NCBI GenBank assembly: GCA_963721805.1
Contig: CAVRJY010000001.1
Location: 1,344,001-1,408,000 of the forward strand
DNA length: 64,000 nt
Reading direction: 5' to 3'
Source: Nitrospirota bacterium
Lineage (GTDB): Bacteria > Nitrospirota > Thermodesulfovibrionia > Thermodesulfovibrionales > JdFR-86
In this document: one piece after another, positions 43,548 through 52,711 of the stretch
Numbering within the stretch: the stretch's first letter is position 1
How the letters are laid out: every line of letters starts with the position of its first letter
Notes under the pieces: generated by a model
What the model saw: the letters and a program-made list of their open reading frames with translations, nothing else
Database searches by the model: none
What the model was told of the DNA's origin: nothing
Program-made: the position numbers and the translations under genes

Positions 43548-44442
43548 CGTAATCAACGCGATAACCGCACGCGCACGCAGGGACAAGCGCATATTCCTGA
43601 TAACCGGCGACGCCGGTTACGGGGTGCTCGACGAATTCAAGACATTATTCCCCGGCCGTTTCCTGAACCTCGGCGTGGCCGAGCAAAACATGATCGGTTT
43701 CGCCGCGGGGCTATCGCTGAGCGGCTACAAGGTCTTCGTCTATAACATCGTGCCTTTCGTCCTGTATCGCTGCTATGAGCAGGTCCGAAACGACATATGC
43801 TACCAGGCGCTCCCCGTGACGCTAATAGGCATAGGAAGCGGGGTCACGTACTCACCGCAGGGCATGACTCATTATTCGGTCGAAGACATCGCGATAGCGC
43901 GCACGATGCCCAACCTCACGGTCCTTTCACCAGCGGACCCGCTTGAGGCCATTGCGGCGGCCGGTCACGCGATTAAGAGCAAGGCCCCGGTCTACATCCG
44001 CATCGCCAAGAGCGGCGAGCCGTCCATCCATAACTCTCCGGTCAAGGACGTCACGAAGCCGATTAAGGTCGCAGACGGCGAGGGCGTGGCCGTGATGTTT
44101 CATGGTTCGGTGAGCACGGAGGTCCTGACCGCCCTTGAGGGCATTAAGCGCCAGCCGCTGGTGCTTTCCGTGCCGATGCTCCAGCCAATGGACTTCAGAT
44201 CCCTGGCCCGGGCGCTTAAGGGCATACACACGGTTATCACTGTGGAGGAGCACTTCCGCGAGGGCGGACTCGGATCGATCCTCGCCGAGTGGATAGTGCG
44301 CGACGGTCTCCCGATACGGCTACGCAAACTCGGCATAAATAACGAGGTCATCCACGCCATTCGCAACAACGCAGGAATGCGCGAGCAGTATGGATTTTCC
44401 TCGGGAGCGATAAGGTCGGCGGTGGCCGAGGCCTACAAATGA
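43537..44442 (+). CDS. Transketolase-like protein, C-terminal subunit
   Basis: NLGVAEQNMIGFAAG, RCYEQVRND, GMTHYSVED, PVYIR and TVEEH..GGLGS. Confidence 0.92.
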   Translation: MRNSVINAITARARRDKRIFLITGDAGYGVLDEFKTLFPGRFLNLGVAEQNMIGFAAGLSLSGYKVFVYNIVPFVLYRCYEQVRNDICYQALPVTLIGIGSGVTYSPQGMTHYSVEDIAIARTMPNLTVLSPADPLEAIAAAGHAIKSKAPVYIRIAKSGEPSIHNSPVKDVTKPIKVADGEGVAVMFHGSVSTEVLTALEGIKRQPLVLSVPMLQPMDFRSLARALKGIHTVITVEEHFREGGLGSILAEWIVRDGLPIRLRKLGINNEVIHAIRNNAGMREQYGFSSGAIRSAVAEAYK

Positions 44443-45545
44443 GCGGCGCGATAATCCTCGACGGCCATAAGCTCGCGTGGCACCGCGACCGCATCGAGGC
44501 ATGGCTGCGCGGAGAGCGCATCGCGCCTATCACGATAGACATGGCCCTGACCAGAAAGTGCGGCTACAGCTGCGTCTACTGCTACGGACAGCTCCAGCAA
44601 AACGACGAAAAACTGATGACCCGCGAGGTGATCTTCCGCTTCCTCGACGACGCGGCCGAGATCGGGGTCAAGGCGATAAGCCTCGTCTCGGACGGCGAGA
44701 GCACATGCTCGCCTCATCTCTATGATGCGATCCTGCGGGGCCGCGCCAACGGGCTGGACATGGCGTTAGGGACGAACGGATACCTGCTGGACGACGCTCG
44801 GCTGCCCGAGATCCTCCCGGCGCTTACATACCTGAGGTTCAACATTTCGGCTGCCGACCCGAAGCGCTACGCCGAGATCCACGGCTGCGCCGAGAAGTGC
44901 TACCACAAGGTGATCGGCACTATAAGAAAATGCGTCGAGCTGAAACGCGTGAAATGCCACGACGTGACGCTAGGGCTGCAGATGGTGCTCATGCCGGAGT
45001 TCAAGGACCAGATCATCCCGCTTGCGGCCCTGGGCCGGGAACTCGGGGTGGACTACCTCGTTATCAAGCACTGTAGCGACGACGAGCACGGCTCGCTCGG
45101 AGTGGACTACGAAAAATATAACACTCTGGTCGGGCTCCTGAAGGAGGCCGAGGGCTATTCAACAGGCAGCTACATGGTGCGCGCCAAGTGGTCCAAGATC
45201 CTTTCGGGCGGCAAACGCGCATACTCCCGTTGCTATGGTCCCCCGTTTATTATGCAGCTCTCGGGCTCAGGGCTCGTGGCCCCATGCGGGATGCTCTTTA
45301 ACGATAAGTACAAGAAATACCATATCGGCAACATAGCCGAGACCTCGTTTAAGGAGCTCTGGCAGTCAGAGCGCTACTGGGAGGTTATCAGGCTGATATC
45401 AGGCGGCCAATTCGACGCGCGCACGATGTGCGGCTCGCTCTGCCTGCAGCACAAGGTCAACGAGTGCCTGTGGGATATCAAGCAAAATGGCGCCGCTTTG
45501 CCGGCTGCCGAGGGCGAGCCTCCGATCCATTTAAATTTCATATGA
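44439..45545 (+). CDS. Radical SAM / SPASM-twitch domain protein (paralog of 41559..42629)
   Basis: CGYSCVYC, SDGE and GTNG; CYGPP..GLVAPC..IGNI..CGSLC. Confidence 0.9.
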   Translation: MSGAIILDGHKLAWHRDRIEAWLRGERIAPITIDMALTRKCGYSCVYCYGQLQQNDEKLMTREVIFRFLDDAAEIGVKAISLVSDGESTCSPHLYDAILRGRANGLDMALGTNGYLLDDARLPEILPALTYLRFNISAADPKRYAEIHGCAEKCYHKVIGTIRKCVELKRVKCHDVTLGLQMVLMPEFKDQIIPLAALGRELGVDYLVIKHCSDDEHGSLGVDYEKYNTLVGLLKEAEGYSTGSYMVRAKWSKILSGGKRAYSRCYGPPFIMQLSGSGLVAPCGMLFNDKYKKYHIGNIAETSFKELWQSERYWEVIRLISGGQFDARTMCGSLCLQHKVNECLWDIKQNGAALPAAEGEPPIHLNFI

Positions 45546-45604
45546 CACCCGCACCGATATCCGTTATAATATCCCAACTCGATTAAACCTTCAGGAGGAC
45601 AGAA

Positions 45605-46183
45605 ATGTACAGATTGACTGCGGGACGCCTGATTGGCCTGATCGGCCTGATAGTCATGCTTGCTATCCCGATGGCCGCGCTGGCCGGGGACGAGCGGCTC
45701 GTAGACAGCAAGGATTACAAGGATAAGGATTTCCATAAGGGCATTATCACTGATTATTCCGACATGGTCAAGGGCGACGAGGTCGAGTGGTTATGGGTCG
45801 AAAAGGGCGTCGATCTCGCCGATTACAAAATATCGGTCGAGGGCATCGCTAACAAGTCAGACGAGCGCAGCCGCTCGATGGTCGAGGACGTAGAGCACAC
45901 CTTTAAGGCCACGTTTGACGACATGGACGTCAAAAAGCCAAAAGGAACTTTGAAGGCTAGTCTCGGCATATATGAGGCCGAGCCTTTCAACCCCGGCAAG
46001 GCCTGGATACCGTTCGTAGGGGGCCACCAGATGCAGGCAGGTATCGGGGTCGAGATGGTCCTGACCGACTCAGGCGGCAAGGTCGTGGCGAAGCTCAGGG
46101 ACTTTGAGCGCGAGGGCGCCAGGATCGAGGAAGCCGCTCAGGAGGTCGCCAACCATTACTCAAAATTCGTCGCACGCCATTAG
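45605..46183 (+). CDS. Secreted/periplasmic hypothetical protein
   Basis: AGGAGG RBS, signal peptide ending AALA, typical codon usage, followed by a terminator. Confidence 0.75.
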   Translation: MYRLTAGRLIGLIGLIVMLAIPMAALAGDERLVDSKDYKDKDFHKGIITDYSDMVKGDEVEWLWVEKGVDLADYKISVEGIANKSDERSRSMVEDVEHTFKATFDDMDVKKPKGTLKASLGIYEAEPFNPGKAWIPFVGGHQMQAGIGVEMVLTDSGGKVVAKLRDFEREGARIEEAAQEVANHYSKFVARH

Positions 46184-46199
46184 ATTTTATTGATTATCC

Positions 46200-46232
46200 G
46201 GCCCCTTGCGGCGCCTACCACAAGGGGCCTTT
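46200..46232 (+). terminator. Intrinsic terminator
   Basis: ggccccttg...caaggggcc followed by ttt. Confidence 0.6.
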
Positions 46233-46288
46233 CATTTCCCGGCCCGGCTTAATTGAAAATGTCCCTTCCGCCAATCTAAACTATTAAG

Positions 46289-49000
46289 ATGTCTTTCGAT
46301 GAACTGGTAATCCGGGGCGCAAAACAGAACAACCTCAAAAACCTGACCCTTACCCTGCCACACGACCGCGTAATCGTTGTCACGGGGGTTTCGGGCTCGG
46401 GCAAGTCCACGCTCGCGTTCGAGACCGTGTTCGCCGAGGGCCAGTGGAGATTCATCGAGTCGCTCTCGACGTATGCGCGCCTCTTCCTCGAAAAGCTCGA
46501 CCGTCCGGACGTGGACGCGATAGAAAACATCCGCCCCGCCATCGCGCTTGAGCAGCGCAACCCCGTGCGCGGCTCGCGCTCGACGGTCGGCACGCTCACC
46601 GAGCTTTACGATTACCTCCGCCTGCTCTATGCCAAGGTCTCGACCCCATATTGCCCTCACTGCGGCAAGGAGGTCCGAAGCTGGGACCCCTCTGCAGTAG
46701 TCGCCCATCTGGCCGAGCACTATGGCGGCGCGAAGGCGCTCGTCGTGTTTCGCTCCGAGGACGACCGCGCCGCGCTTAAGCGCAAGGGTTTTCACCGCCT
46801 GCTCAAAGACGGCGTGGCGCTTCCGATCGATGAGGCCGGATCGCTGAAGCCGCCCTATGACGTCGTCTTGGATCGCCTCGTGGTGCGCAACGAGCCTAGG
46901 CTCGCCGACTCGATCGAGATGGCCATGCGCGAGGGCCGGGGGAACATGACCATCATGATCATCGACGGCCCGGAGCTCCGGTTCGGCACCGGGCTGCGCT
47001 GTGACGACTGCGACGCCGCGTTCGTAGATCCCACGCCTCTTCTGTTCTCATTCAACCACCCCGTCGGCGCTTGCCCTGAGTGCAAGGGGTTCGGAAACGT
47101 GCTTCTTTACGACGAATCCCTCATAATCCCGGACCCGGAGCTCTCTATCGCGGAGGGCGCGATAGAGCCGTGGGAAAAGCCTGTCTCGCTATGGTGGAAA
47201 AAGCAGCTGCTCAAGGCCGCAAAGAGCCTCGGCATTCCGACCCGCACGCCGTTTAAGGACCTCTCGGCAGAGCATAAAAAAATGCTCTATAAGGGCGCGA
47301 AGGGTTTTTACGGCATAGACGACTTCTTCGAAGAGCTCGAAGGCAAGCGCTACAAACTCCATGTCCGCGTCTTCCTCTCGAGGTACCGCAAGGGGCACAT
47401 ATGCACCGCTTGCGGGGGCAAGCGGCTGAGGCCCGAGGCCCTCGCGTTTCGGATCGGAGAGCTGGACATCGCGGATATGTGCGGCAAGCCGGTATCGGAC
47501 CTGAGGACGATATTCAGCGAGCCGGACCTGAGCCCGCACCAGCGCGAGATCGCAAAGGAAATACTCAGGCAGATCGACCGCAAGCTCGATTTCCTCGACA
47601 GGGTGGGGCTTGGATACCTGACCCCGATGCGCGAGGGTAAGACGCTCTCGGGCGGCGAGTTTCAGCGCGTGAACCTCTCTAACCAGCTCGCATCGCGCCT
47701 GACAGGGACGATCTATGTGTTGGACGAGCCGACGGTCGGCCTCCATAAGCGTGACACCGAACGCGTGGCCGAGATCATGGCCGAACTCGCCGAGATCGGC
47801 AATACCGTGATGGTGGTCGAACATGACACCGACATCATCCGCGCCTCTGACTGGGTCGTTGAGCTTGGCCCGGCCGGCGGCGAGGACGGCGGCAACCTTA
47901 TCTTCTCCGGGCCGAGGGATGAGTTCATCGAGTCCAACACCCTGACCGCGCGTTATGTAAACGGCAGGGCTGCAACCGCCTCGCGCCGGATCAGGAGGCG
48001 CTCTAAGCGCTCGGTCGTGATCGAGGGCGCCACCGGCAATAACCTCAAAAACGCACGCCTCTCAGTGCCGCTCGGCACGTTGACCGTAGTCACGGGCGTC
48101 TCGGGCTCTGGCAAGAGCACGCTTGTCGTCGAAACACTGTATAACGCCCTCGCGCGGGAGCTTAAGGTAGAGATGGAGAGCCCGCTCCCATTCAAAAAAC
48201 TGCATGGGCATGATCAGCTAAGCTCAGTTAAACTCATTGACCAGGCCCCTATCGGCCGCACGCCGAGGTCGAACCCTGTCACTTACCTCAAGATATTCGA
48301 CCCGATCCGCAAGGTATTTTCGGACACGCCAGAGGCTCGGGCTAATGGGTACGGGCCGGGATTTTTCTCGTTCAATGTCGAAGGGGGCCGCTGCCCGGCC
48401 TGCAAGGGGGAGGGCTACCAGAAGCTCGAAATGTACTTCTTCGAGGACCTCTACGTGAAGTGCGAGGTGTGCGACGGCAAGCGTTTTGGCCCCGATGCCC
48501 TTTCGATCAAGTACCTGGGCAAGGACATCCACGAGGTCCTGCAGCTTACCGTGGACGAGGCGATAAGGCTGTTTTCGGCGCATAGGCAGGTCAGGACGCG
48601 GCTCGAGCTTTTAAGCGACGTGGGGCTTGGATACCTGCGGCTCGGCCAGCCAGCCACGACCCTCTCTGGCGGCGAGGCTCAGAGGCTCAAGATATGCGCC
48701 GAGCTTGGCTCCGGCCGCGTAAGCGACGTACTGTTCATACTCGACGAGCCGACCGTGGGCCTCCACCCAAAGGACATCGGCGAACTCCTGGACGTGCTTA
48801 ACAGGCTCGTGGACGCCGGAAATACCGTGCTCGTGATCGAGCACAACCTTGACGTCGTGATGGCCGCCGACTGGGTGATAGACCTTGGCCCGGAGGGCGG
48901 CGAGGCCGGCGGCGAGGTGATTTTCGAGGGCTCCCCTGAGAAACTCTCGCAGTGCAAGCGCTCTTATACCGGGCACTATATGAAGGGTCGGTTCGCTTGA
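46289..49000 (+). CDS. uvrA: Excinuclease ABC subunit UvrA (possibly a second, UvrA2-type copy)
   Basis: Two GVSGSGKS Walker A motifs, LSGGE signatures, LDEPTVGLH x2 and zinc fingers. Confidence 0.95.
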   Translation: MSFDELVIRGAKQNNLKNLTLTLPHDRVIVVTGVSGSGKSTLAFETVFAEGQWRFIESLSTYARLFLEKLDRPDVDAIENIRPAIALEQRNPVRGSRSTVGTLTELYDYLRLLYAKVSTPYCPHCGKEVRSWDPSAVVAHLAEHYGGAKALVVFRSEDDRAALKRKGFHRLLKDGVALPIDEAGSLKPPYDVVLDRLVVRNEPRLADSIEMAMREGRGNMTIMIIDGPELRFGTGLRCDDCDAAFVDPTPLLFSFNHPVGACPECKGFGNVLLYDESLIIPDPELSIAEGAIEPWEKPVSLWWKKQLLKAAKSLGIPTRTPFKDLSAEHKKMLYKGAKGFYGIDDFFEELEGKRYKLHVRVFLSRYRKGHICTACGGKRLRPEALAFRIGELDIADMCGKPVSDLRTIFSEPDLSPHQREIAKEILRQIDRKLDFLDRVGLGYLTPMREGKTLSGGEFQRVNLSNQLASRLTGTIYVLDEPTVGLHKRDTERVAEIMAELAEIGNTVMVVEHDTDIIRASDWVVELGPAGGEDGGNLIFSGPRDEFIESNTLTARYVNGRAATASRRIRRRSKRSVVIEGATGNNLKNARLSVPLGTLTVVTGVSGSGKSTLVVETLYNALARELKVEMESPLPFKKLHGHDQLSSVKLIDQAPIGRTPRSNPVTYLKIFDPIRKVFSDTPEARANGYGPGFFSFNVEGGRCPACKGEGYQKLEMYFFEDLYVKCEVCDGKRFGPDALSIKYLGKDIHEVLQLTVDEAIRLFSAHRQVRTRLELLSDVGLGYLRLGQPATTLSGGEAQRLKICAELGSGRVSDVLFILDEPTVGLHPKDIGELLDVLNRLVDAGNTVLVIEHNLDVVMAADWVIDLGPEGGEAGGEVIFEGSPEKLSQCKRSYTGHYMKGRFA

Positions 49001-49632
49001 AGGTCTGCGAGATATTCAAGAGCATTCAGGGCGAGTCCTCGTGGGCCGGGCTCCCTTGCTCGTTCGTGAGGCTCACCGGCTGCAACCTGAAATGCAGGTA
49101 CTGCGATACCGCTTATGCGCGAGAGGGCGGTGTAGAGATGACGCCGGATAAGATTGCCTCGGAGGTCGGATCGTTCGGCATCGAGCTGGTTGAGCTCACC
49201 GGCGGCGAGCCGTTGCTGAATCCCGGGACGGCTGCGCTTGCGGCAGCGCTGCTGGATTTGGGCCACAAGGTCCTGATCGAGACGAACGGGAGCATCGATA
49301 TCAGCCATATCGACAGCCGGGCCGTGATCATAATGGATATCAAAACCCCTTCAAGCGGGATGAGCGAGATGATGCACCTCGATAACCTCGCGCTCCTTAA
49401 GCCCTGCGACGAACTAAAGTTCGTCCTCTCGGACCGTGCAGACTACGAATGGGCGCGCAAGTTTATCGCGGATCACATAAGAGACTCCAGATACACAATC
49501 CTGTTTTCCCCGGCATTTGGCGTACTCAATCCAGCGGATCTCGTAGGATGGATCATCGAGGACGGGCTTAAAGTGCGGTTCAATATGCAGCTGCATAAGT
49601 ACATCTTCGGACCGGAGCGAAGAGGGGTCTAG
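48997..49632 (+). CDS. queE: 7-carboxy-7-deazaguanine synthase (radical SAM)
   Basis: EIFKSIQGE, FVRLTGCNLKCRYCDT, TGGEPL, IETNG and QLHK. TTG start overlaps the uvrA stop. Confidence 0.92.
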   Translation: MKVCEIFKSIQGESSWAGLPCSFVRLTGCNLKCRYCDTAYAREGGVEMTPDKIASEVGSFGIELVELTGGEPLLNPGTAALAAALLDLGHKVLIETNGSIDISHIDSRAVIIMDIKTPSSGMSEMMHLDNLALLKPCDELKFVLSDRADYEWARKFIADHIRDSRYTILFSPAFGVLNPADLVGWIIEDGLKVRFNMQLHKYIFGPERRGV

Positions 49633-49635
49633 CTG

Positions 49636-50139
49636 CTACCTTCCTGCGATATACGCGAGGTAGCTCCGAAACTCGTGTTTGAAGTTGTCGCTTAGAGTCT
49701 CGCCATCGAGCGTCGCCTCGATCTCGGCGACATCCCAAAATCTCACCTCGTCGATCTCCTCAGCGCTAAAGTTAAACGGGCCCTCGCGGGTGCAGCGGTA
49801 TGTGCTTACGAGTTCGGTCTCATAGCGGTTCGAATGGACGTAAGAATAGATAAACTCCGGCTCGCATGCGACGCCGAGTTCCTCGCTCATTTCTCTGAGC
49901 GCGGCCTCGATCACTTCCTCGCCGGGGTCCACGTGGCCGCCTACAGAGGTGTCCCACCGGCCCGGCGCGACGTCCTTGCTCATAGAGCGGCGCTGGAGCA
50001 GTATCCGGCCGGCCTTGTCCAGCACGAGCACGTGCGCCACGCGGTGCATGAGCGTGGGGTTTCCGTGCACGACAGAGCGCGGGGCTATGCCGATGACCTC
50101 GCTCTTATCGTTGACTATCTCGATCCGCTCCACTGACAT
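49636..50139 (-). CDS. NUDIX hydrolase (IPP-isomerase/YfcD-like)
   Basis: HRVAHVLV, LLQRRS..KD..PGRWD and Nudix box GGHVDPGEEVIEAALREMSEELG. Confidence 0.88.
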   Translation of the reverse strand: MSVERIEIVNDKSEVIGIAPRSVVHGNPTLMHRVAHVLVLDKAGRILLQRRSMSKDVAPGRWDTSVGGHVDPGEEVIEAALREMSEELGVACEPEFIYSYVHSNRYETELVSTYRCTREGPFNFSAEEIDEVRFWDVAEIEATLDGETLSDNFKHEFRSYLAYIAGR

Positions 50140-50201
50140 GATGCTTATTATACCCCATCGCATTTTGACAATGGCGGACCGGAGCGGTTAGTGTACATGC
50201 C

Positions 50202-51425
50202 ATGACACGCATTAACAAAAAGCAGGCCATAAGCTGGTGCATGTACGACTTCGCGAACTCGTCGTATTCGGCCGTGATCGCAGCGGTCGTCTTCCCGGTC
50301 TATTACGCAAACCACATAGTCGGCAACTCGGCCGGGATCGGGGACCTCTGGTGGGGCAGGTCGGTCTCGGCGAGCATGCTGGTCATAGCTGTGCTCTCGC
50401 CGATGCTCGGCGGGATGGCGGACTTCACCGGGATGAGAAAGCGCTTCCTGGTCGGCTTTACGCTGCTCAGCGTATGCTCTATCGCGGCGCTTTCGGTGCT
50501 CAGGCCGGGCATGGTCTTTGAGGGCTTCGCGCTTGCAGCGCTCGCTAACGTTGGCATGGAGGGCGCGATGAACTACTATAACGCCTACCTGCCGGAGATC
50601 GCGCCACGCGAGTTTCAGGGCAGGCTCTCGTCATGGGGGTTCGGCGTTGGATATGCCGGATCGATCTTCGCGCTGTTGTGCGTGCTCCCCCTCGTTGAAG
50701 CCGGATGGTTCGCGGCGTCATGGTTCGCGGTGGCCGCGATGTTTCTATGCTTCAGCATGCCTGCGTTTTTATGGTTGCCGCCGGATCAGCGCACAGGCAG
50801 CATAGTAGCCGGTGCGCGCGAAGGGATGTCCCGCAGCGCGAAGGTCTTCAGGCACGCGCTTCGAGACCGCAACTCGGTCCTTTTTCTGGTCTCGTATTTC
50901 ATGTTCACCAACGGGGTCAGCACCGTGATAGTGTTTTCGAGCATCTATGCGGCGACGACGCTCCAGTTCGGCAACGGAGAGCTTATCGCTCTATACATAC
51001 TCGTGCAGTTCACTGCCCTTGCCGGATCGTTCCTGCTGGCCTCGACCGTGGATAGGCGGGGGCCGCGCTTCGTCACCATGATCTCGCTCGTGCTGTGGTG
51101 CGGGGTGTGCGTTGCGGCATATATGGTCGAGAGCAAGACCGCATTTTGGTTCGTGGCTTCGGTAGCTGGCCTAGGGCTGGGCACGGTGCAGGCCGCATCG
51201 AGGGCGCTGTACGCGCGGTTTATCCCAAGCGGGAATGAGGCCGAGTACTTCGGGCTGTTCGCGATGGCCGGGAAGACCTCATCCGTGCTCGGCCCGCTGG
51301 TGTTTGGGTATGTCTCGTCAGCCGCCGGAAGCCAGCGGCCTGCGATACTAAGTATCGGCCTGTTCTTCCTTATCGGGCTTGTGGCATTGATCCCGGTGAG
51401 GGACGAGTTCCTTCACTCCGAGTAG
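50202..51425 (+). CDS. MFS transporter (UMF1/ATG22-like)
   Basis: SWCMYDFANS, YNAYLPEIA..GRLSSWGFGVGYAG, QAASRAL and about 12 hydrophobic segments. Confidence 0.88.
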   Translation: MTRINKKQAISWCMYDFANSSYSAVIAAVVFPVYYANHIVGNSAGIGDLWWGRSVSASMLVIAVLSPMLGGMADFTGMRKRFLVGFTLLSVCSIAALSVLRPGMVFEGFALAALANVGMEGAMNYYNAYLPEIAPREFQGRLSSWGFGVGYAGSIFALLCVLPLVEAGWFAASWFAVAAMFLCFSMPAFLWLPPDQRTGSIVAGAREGMSRSAKVFRHALRDRNSVLFLVSYFMFTNGVSTVIVFSSIYAATTLQFGNGELIALYILVQFTALAGSFLLASTVDRRGPRFVTMISLVLWCGVCVAAYMVESKTAFWFVASVAGLGLGTVQAASRALYARFIPSGNEAEYFGLFAMAGKTSSVLGPLVFGYVSSAAGSQRPAILSIGLFFLIGLVALIPVRDEFLHSE

Positions 51426-52702
51426 GTCGAGGTCTCCACGCCCTTTGATTTTTTTACCTGCCGTGCGATCCCTTGAGCCTCGCCGTCGGTCGCGTAGGAC
51501 TCCGGCATCAGTACGCGATATATCGTCTTTCCGGCATGGGTCGTTGACTCCTTCATCTCCGCGTTCAGCCCCTTTGACTTGAGTTCAGAGACGAGCCAGT
51601 CAGCGTTGCCCTTCTTGCCGAAAACACCAAACTGGACGTAGTGGCCCGGGCCGAGCTTCTGAGGCGCGGCTTTTTTCGGTTCCGGCTTTGGTTCCGGCTT
51701 TGGTTCAGGCTTTGGTTTGGGAGCCGCGGCTAGCGGCGCATTGGCCACAACCGGTTTAACCAAGGGCGCATTGACCATGGGGGCGACCGAGGCCGGAGCG
51801 CTAGCGACCGGCGAATTAACCAAGGCGGCAGGCGCATTGGCTGCCGGAGCCTGCAAAAGGGCGGCAGCGGGGGCGTTGGCCTGCGCCGAATGGATCACGC
51901 CGTTTACGTCCGCGCTTCTTGGAAGTACGGTCTTATTGTCAGAGAATATGGATTTATCGGGCTCGGCCGGTGGCCCCTGTGTTTTCTCCGGCCCACCGCC
52001 ACCGCCGATGAGAAAATAAGTAACGATTCCCACGACGACAACCGCGAGACCGGCCGCTACGATGAGCATAGTTTTTCTAACGCCAGCCGGTGTCTTTCTC
52101 GGCCATGTCGGCGTTGCGGCCCTCCTGCGCGGCGGATCGTCCTCTGATACCCCCTCGCGCCTGAGTGAATCCGTGAAATCACCCTCAGGGGGGCTGATTA
52201 GATCCTCCTCATTTTTGAAGCTCTCGGAGGTAAATTCCCTCTGAGCGGGCTTGTCTGTCTCGTCCGAAATGGAATCTCCGGCAGGATCAGTAAACATATC
52301 GGCCTGAACGGGCGGGGCAGGCTGTGCAGGTGAGACGCCGATCCACCTCGTAACCTCAGCAGGAAGGGTTTCGGGCTTGACAGGCTTCTTTATGAATCCC
52401 ACGATACCGTATAGCGACTCGTAGAGGGGGTCGTAGTTTCCTTCTTTAAGGGTCAGCAGGACGATCGGCATGTCCTTAAGAGACTCGGTCGAGTGTATAT
52501 CCTTGCAGATGTCGAGCCCGTTGGTGCCGGGCGTTGCCAGGTTCAGGAGCACTATTGAGGGCAACACGTTTTTGGCTATAGAGAAACCGACGTCCGCCTG
52601 CGTGGCGGTGAAGACCGCATAGCCCGCGCCTTCAAGTATCTGCTGTATGGACTCGAGGTATTTCGGGTCGTTCTCGATCAGGAGCACTTTTTCGGTATTC
52701 AT
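51413..52702 (-). CDS. Receiver-like domain - TM - Pro/Ala linker - SPOR domain protein
   Basis: REC fold (KVLLIEND..VLLNLATPGTNG..KKP), one TM, and SPOR HYVQFGVF..NAD..YRV. Confidence 0.82.
   Translation of the reverse strand: MNTEKVLLIENDPKYLESIQQILEGAGYAVFTATQADVGFSIAKNVLPSIVLLNLATPGTNGLDICKDIHSTESLKDMPIVLLTLKEGNYDPLYESLYGIVGFIKKPVKPETLPAEVTRWIGVSPAQPAPPVQADMFTDPAGDSISDETDKPAQREFTSESFKNEEDLISPPEGDFTDSLRREGVSEDDPPRRRAATPTWPRKTPAGVRKTMLIVAAGLAVVVVGIVTYFLIGGGGGPEKTQGPPAEPDKSIFSDNKTVLPRSADVNGVIHSAQANAPAAALLQAPAANAPAALVNSPVASAPASVAPMVNAPLVKPVVANAPLAAAPKPKPEPKPEPKPEPKKAAPQKLGPGHYVQFGVFGKKGNADWLVSELKSKGLNAEMKESTTHAGKTIYRVLMPESYATDGEAQGIARQVKKSKGVETSTYSE
51678..51713. repeat. Three 12-bp tandem units encoding (KPEP)n linker
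   Basis: ggttccggcttt x2 plus ggttcaggcttt. Confidence 0.8.
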
Positions 52703-52711
52703 TAGTCCCTC

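Noticed and set aside
41559..45545. RiPP biosynthetic cluster
   Set aside because: There is no RRE/PqqD domain, protease or exporter, and neighbours are sugar-nucleotide enzymes. It is kept only as a minor possibility for the micro-ORF.
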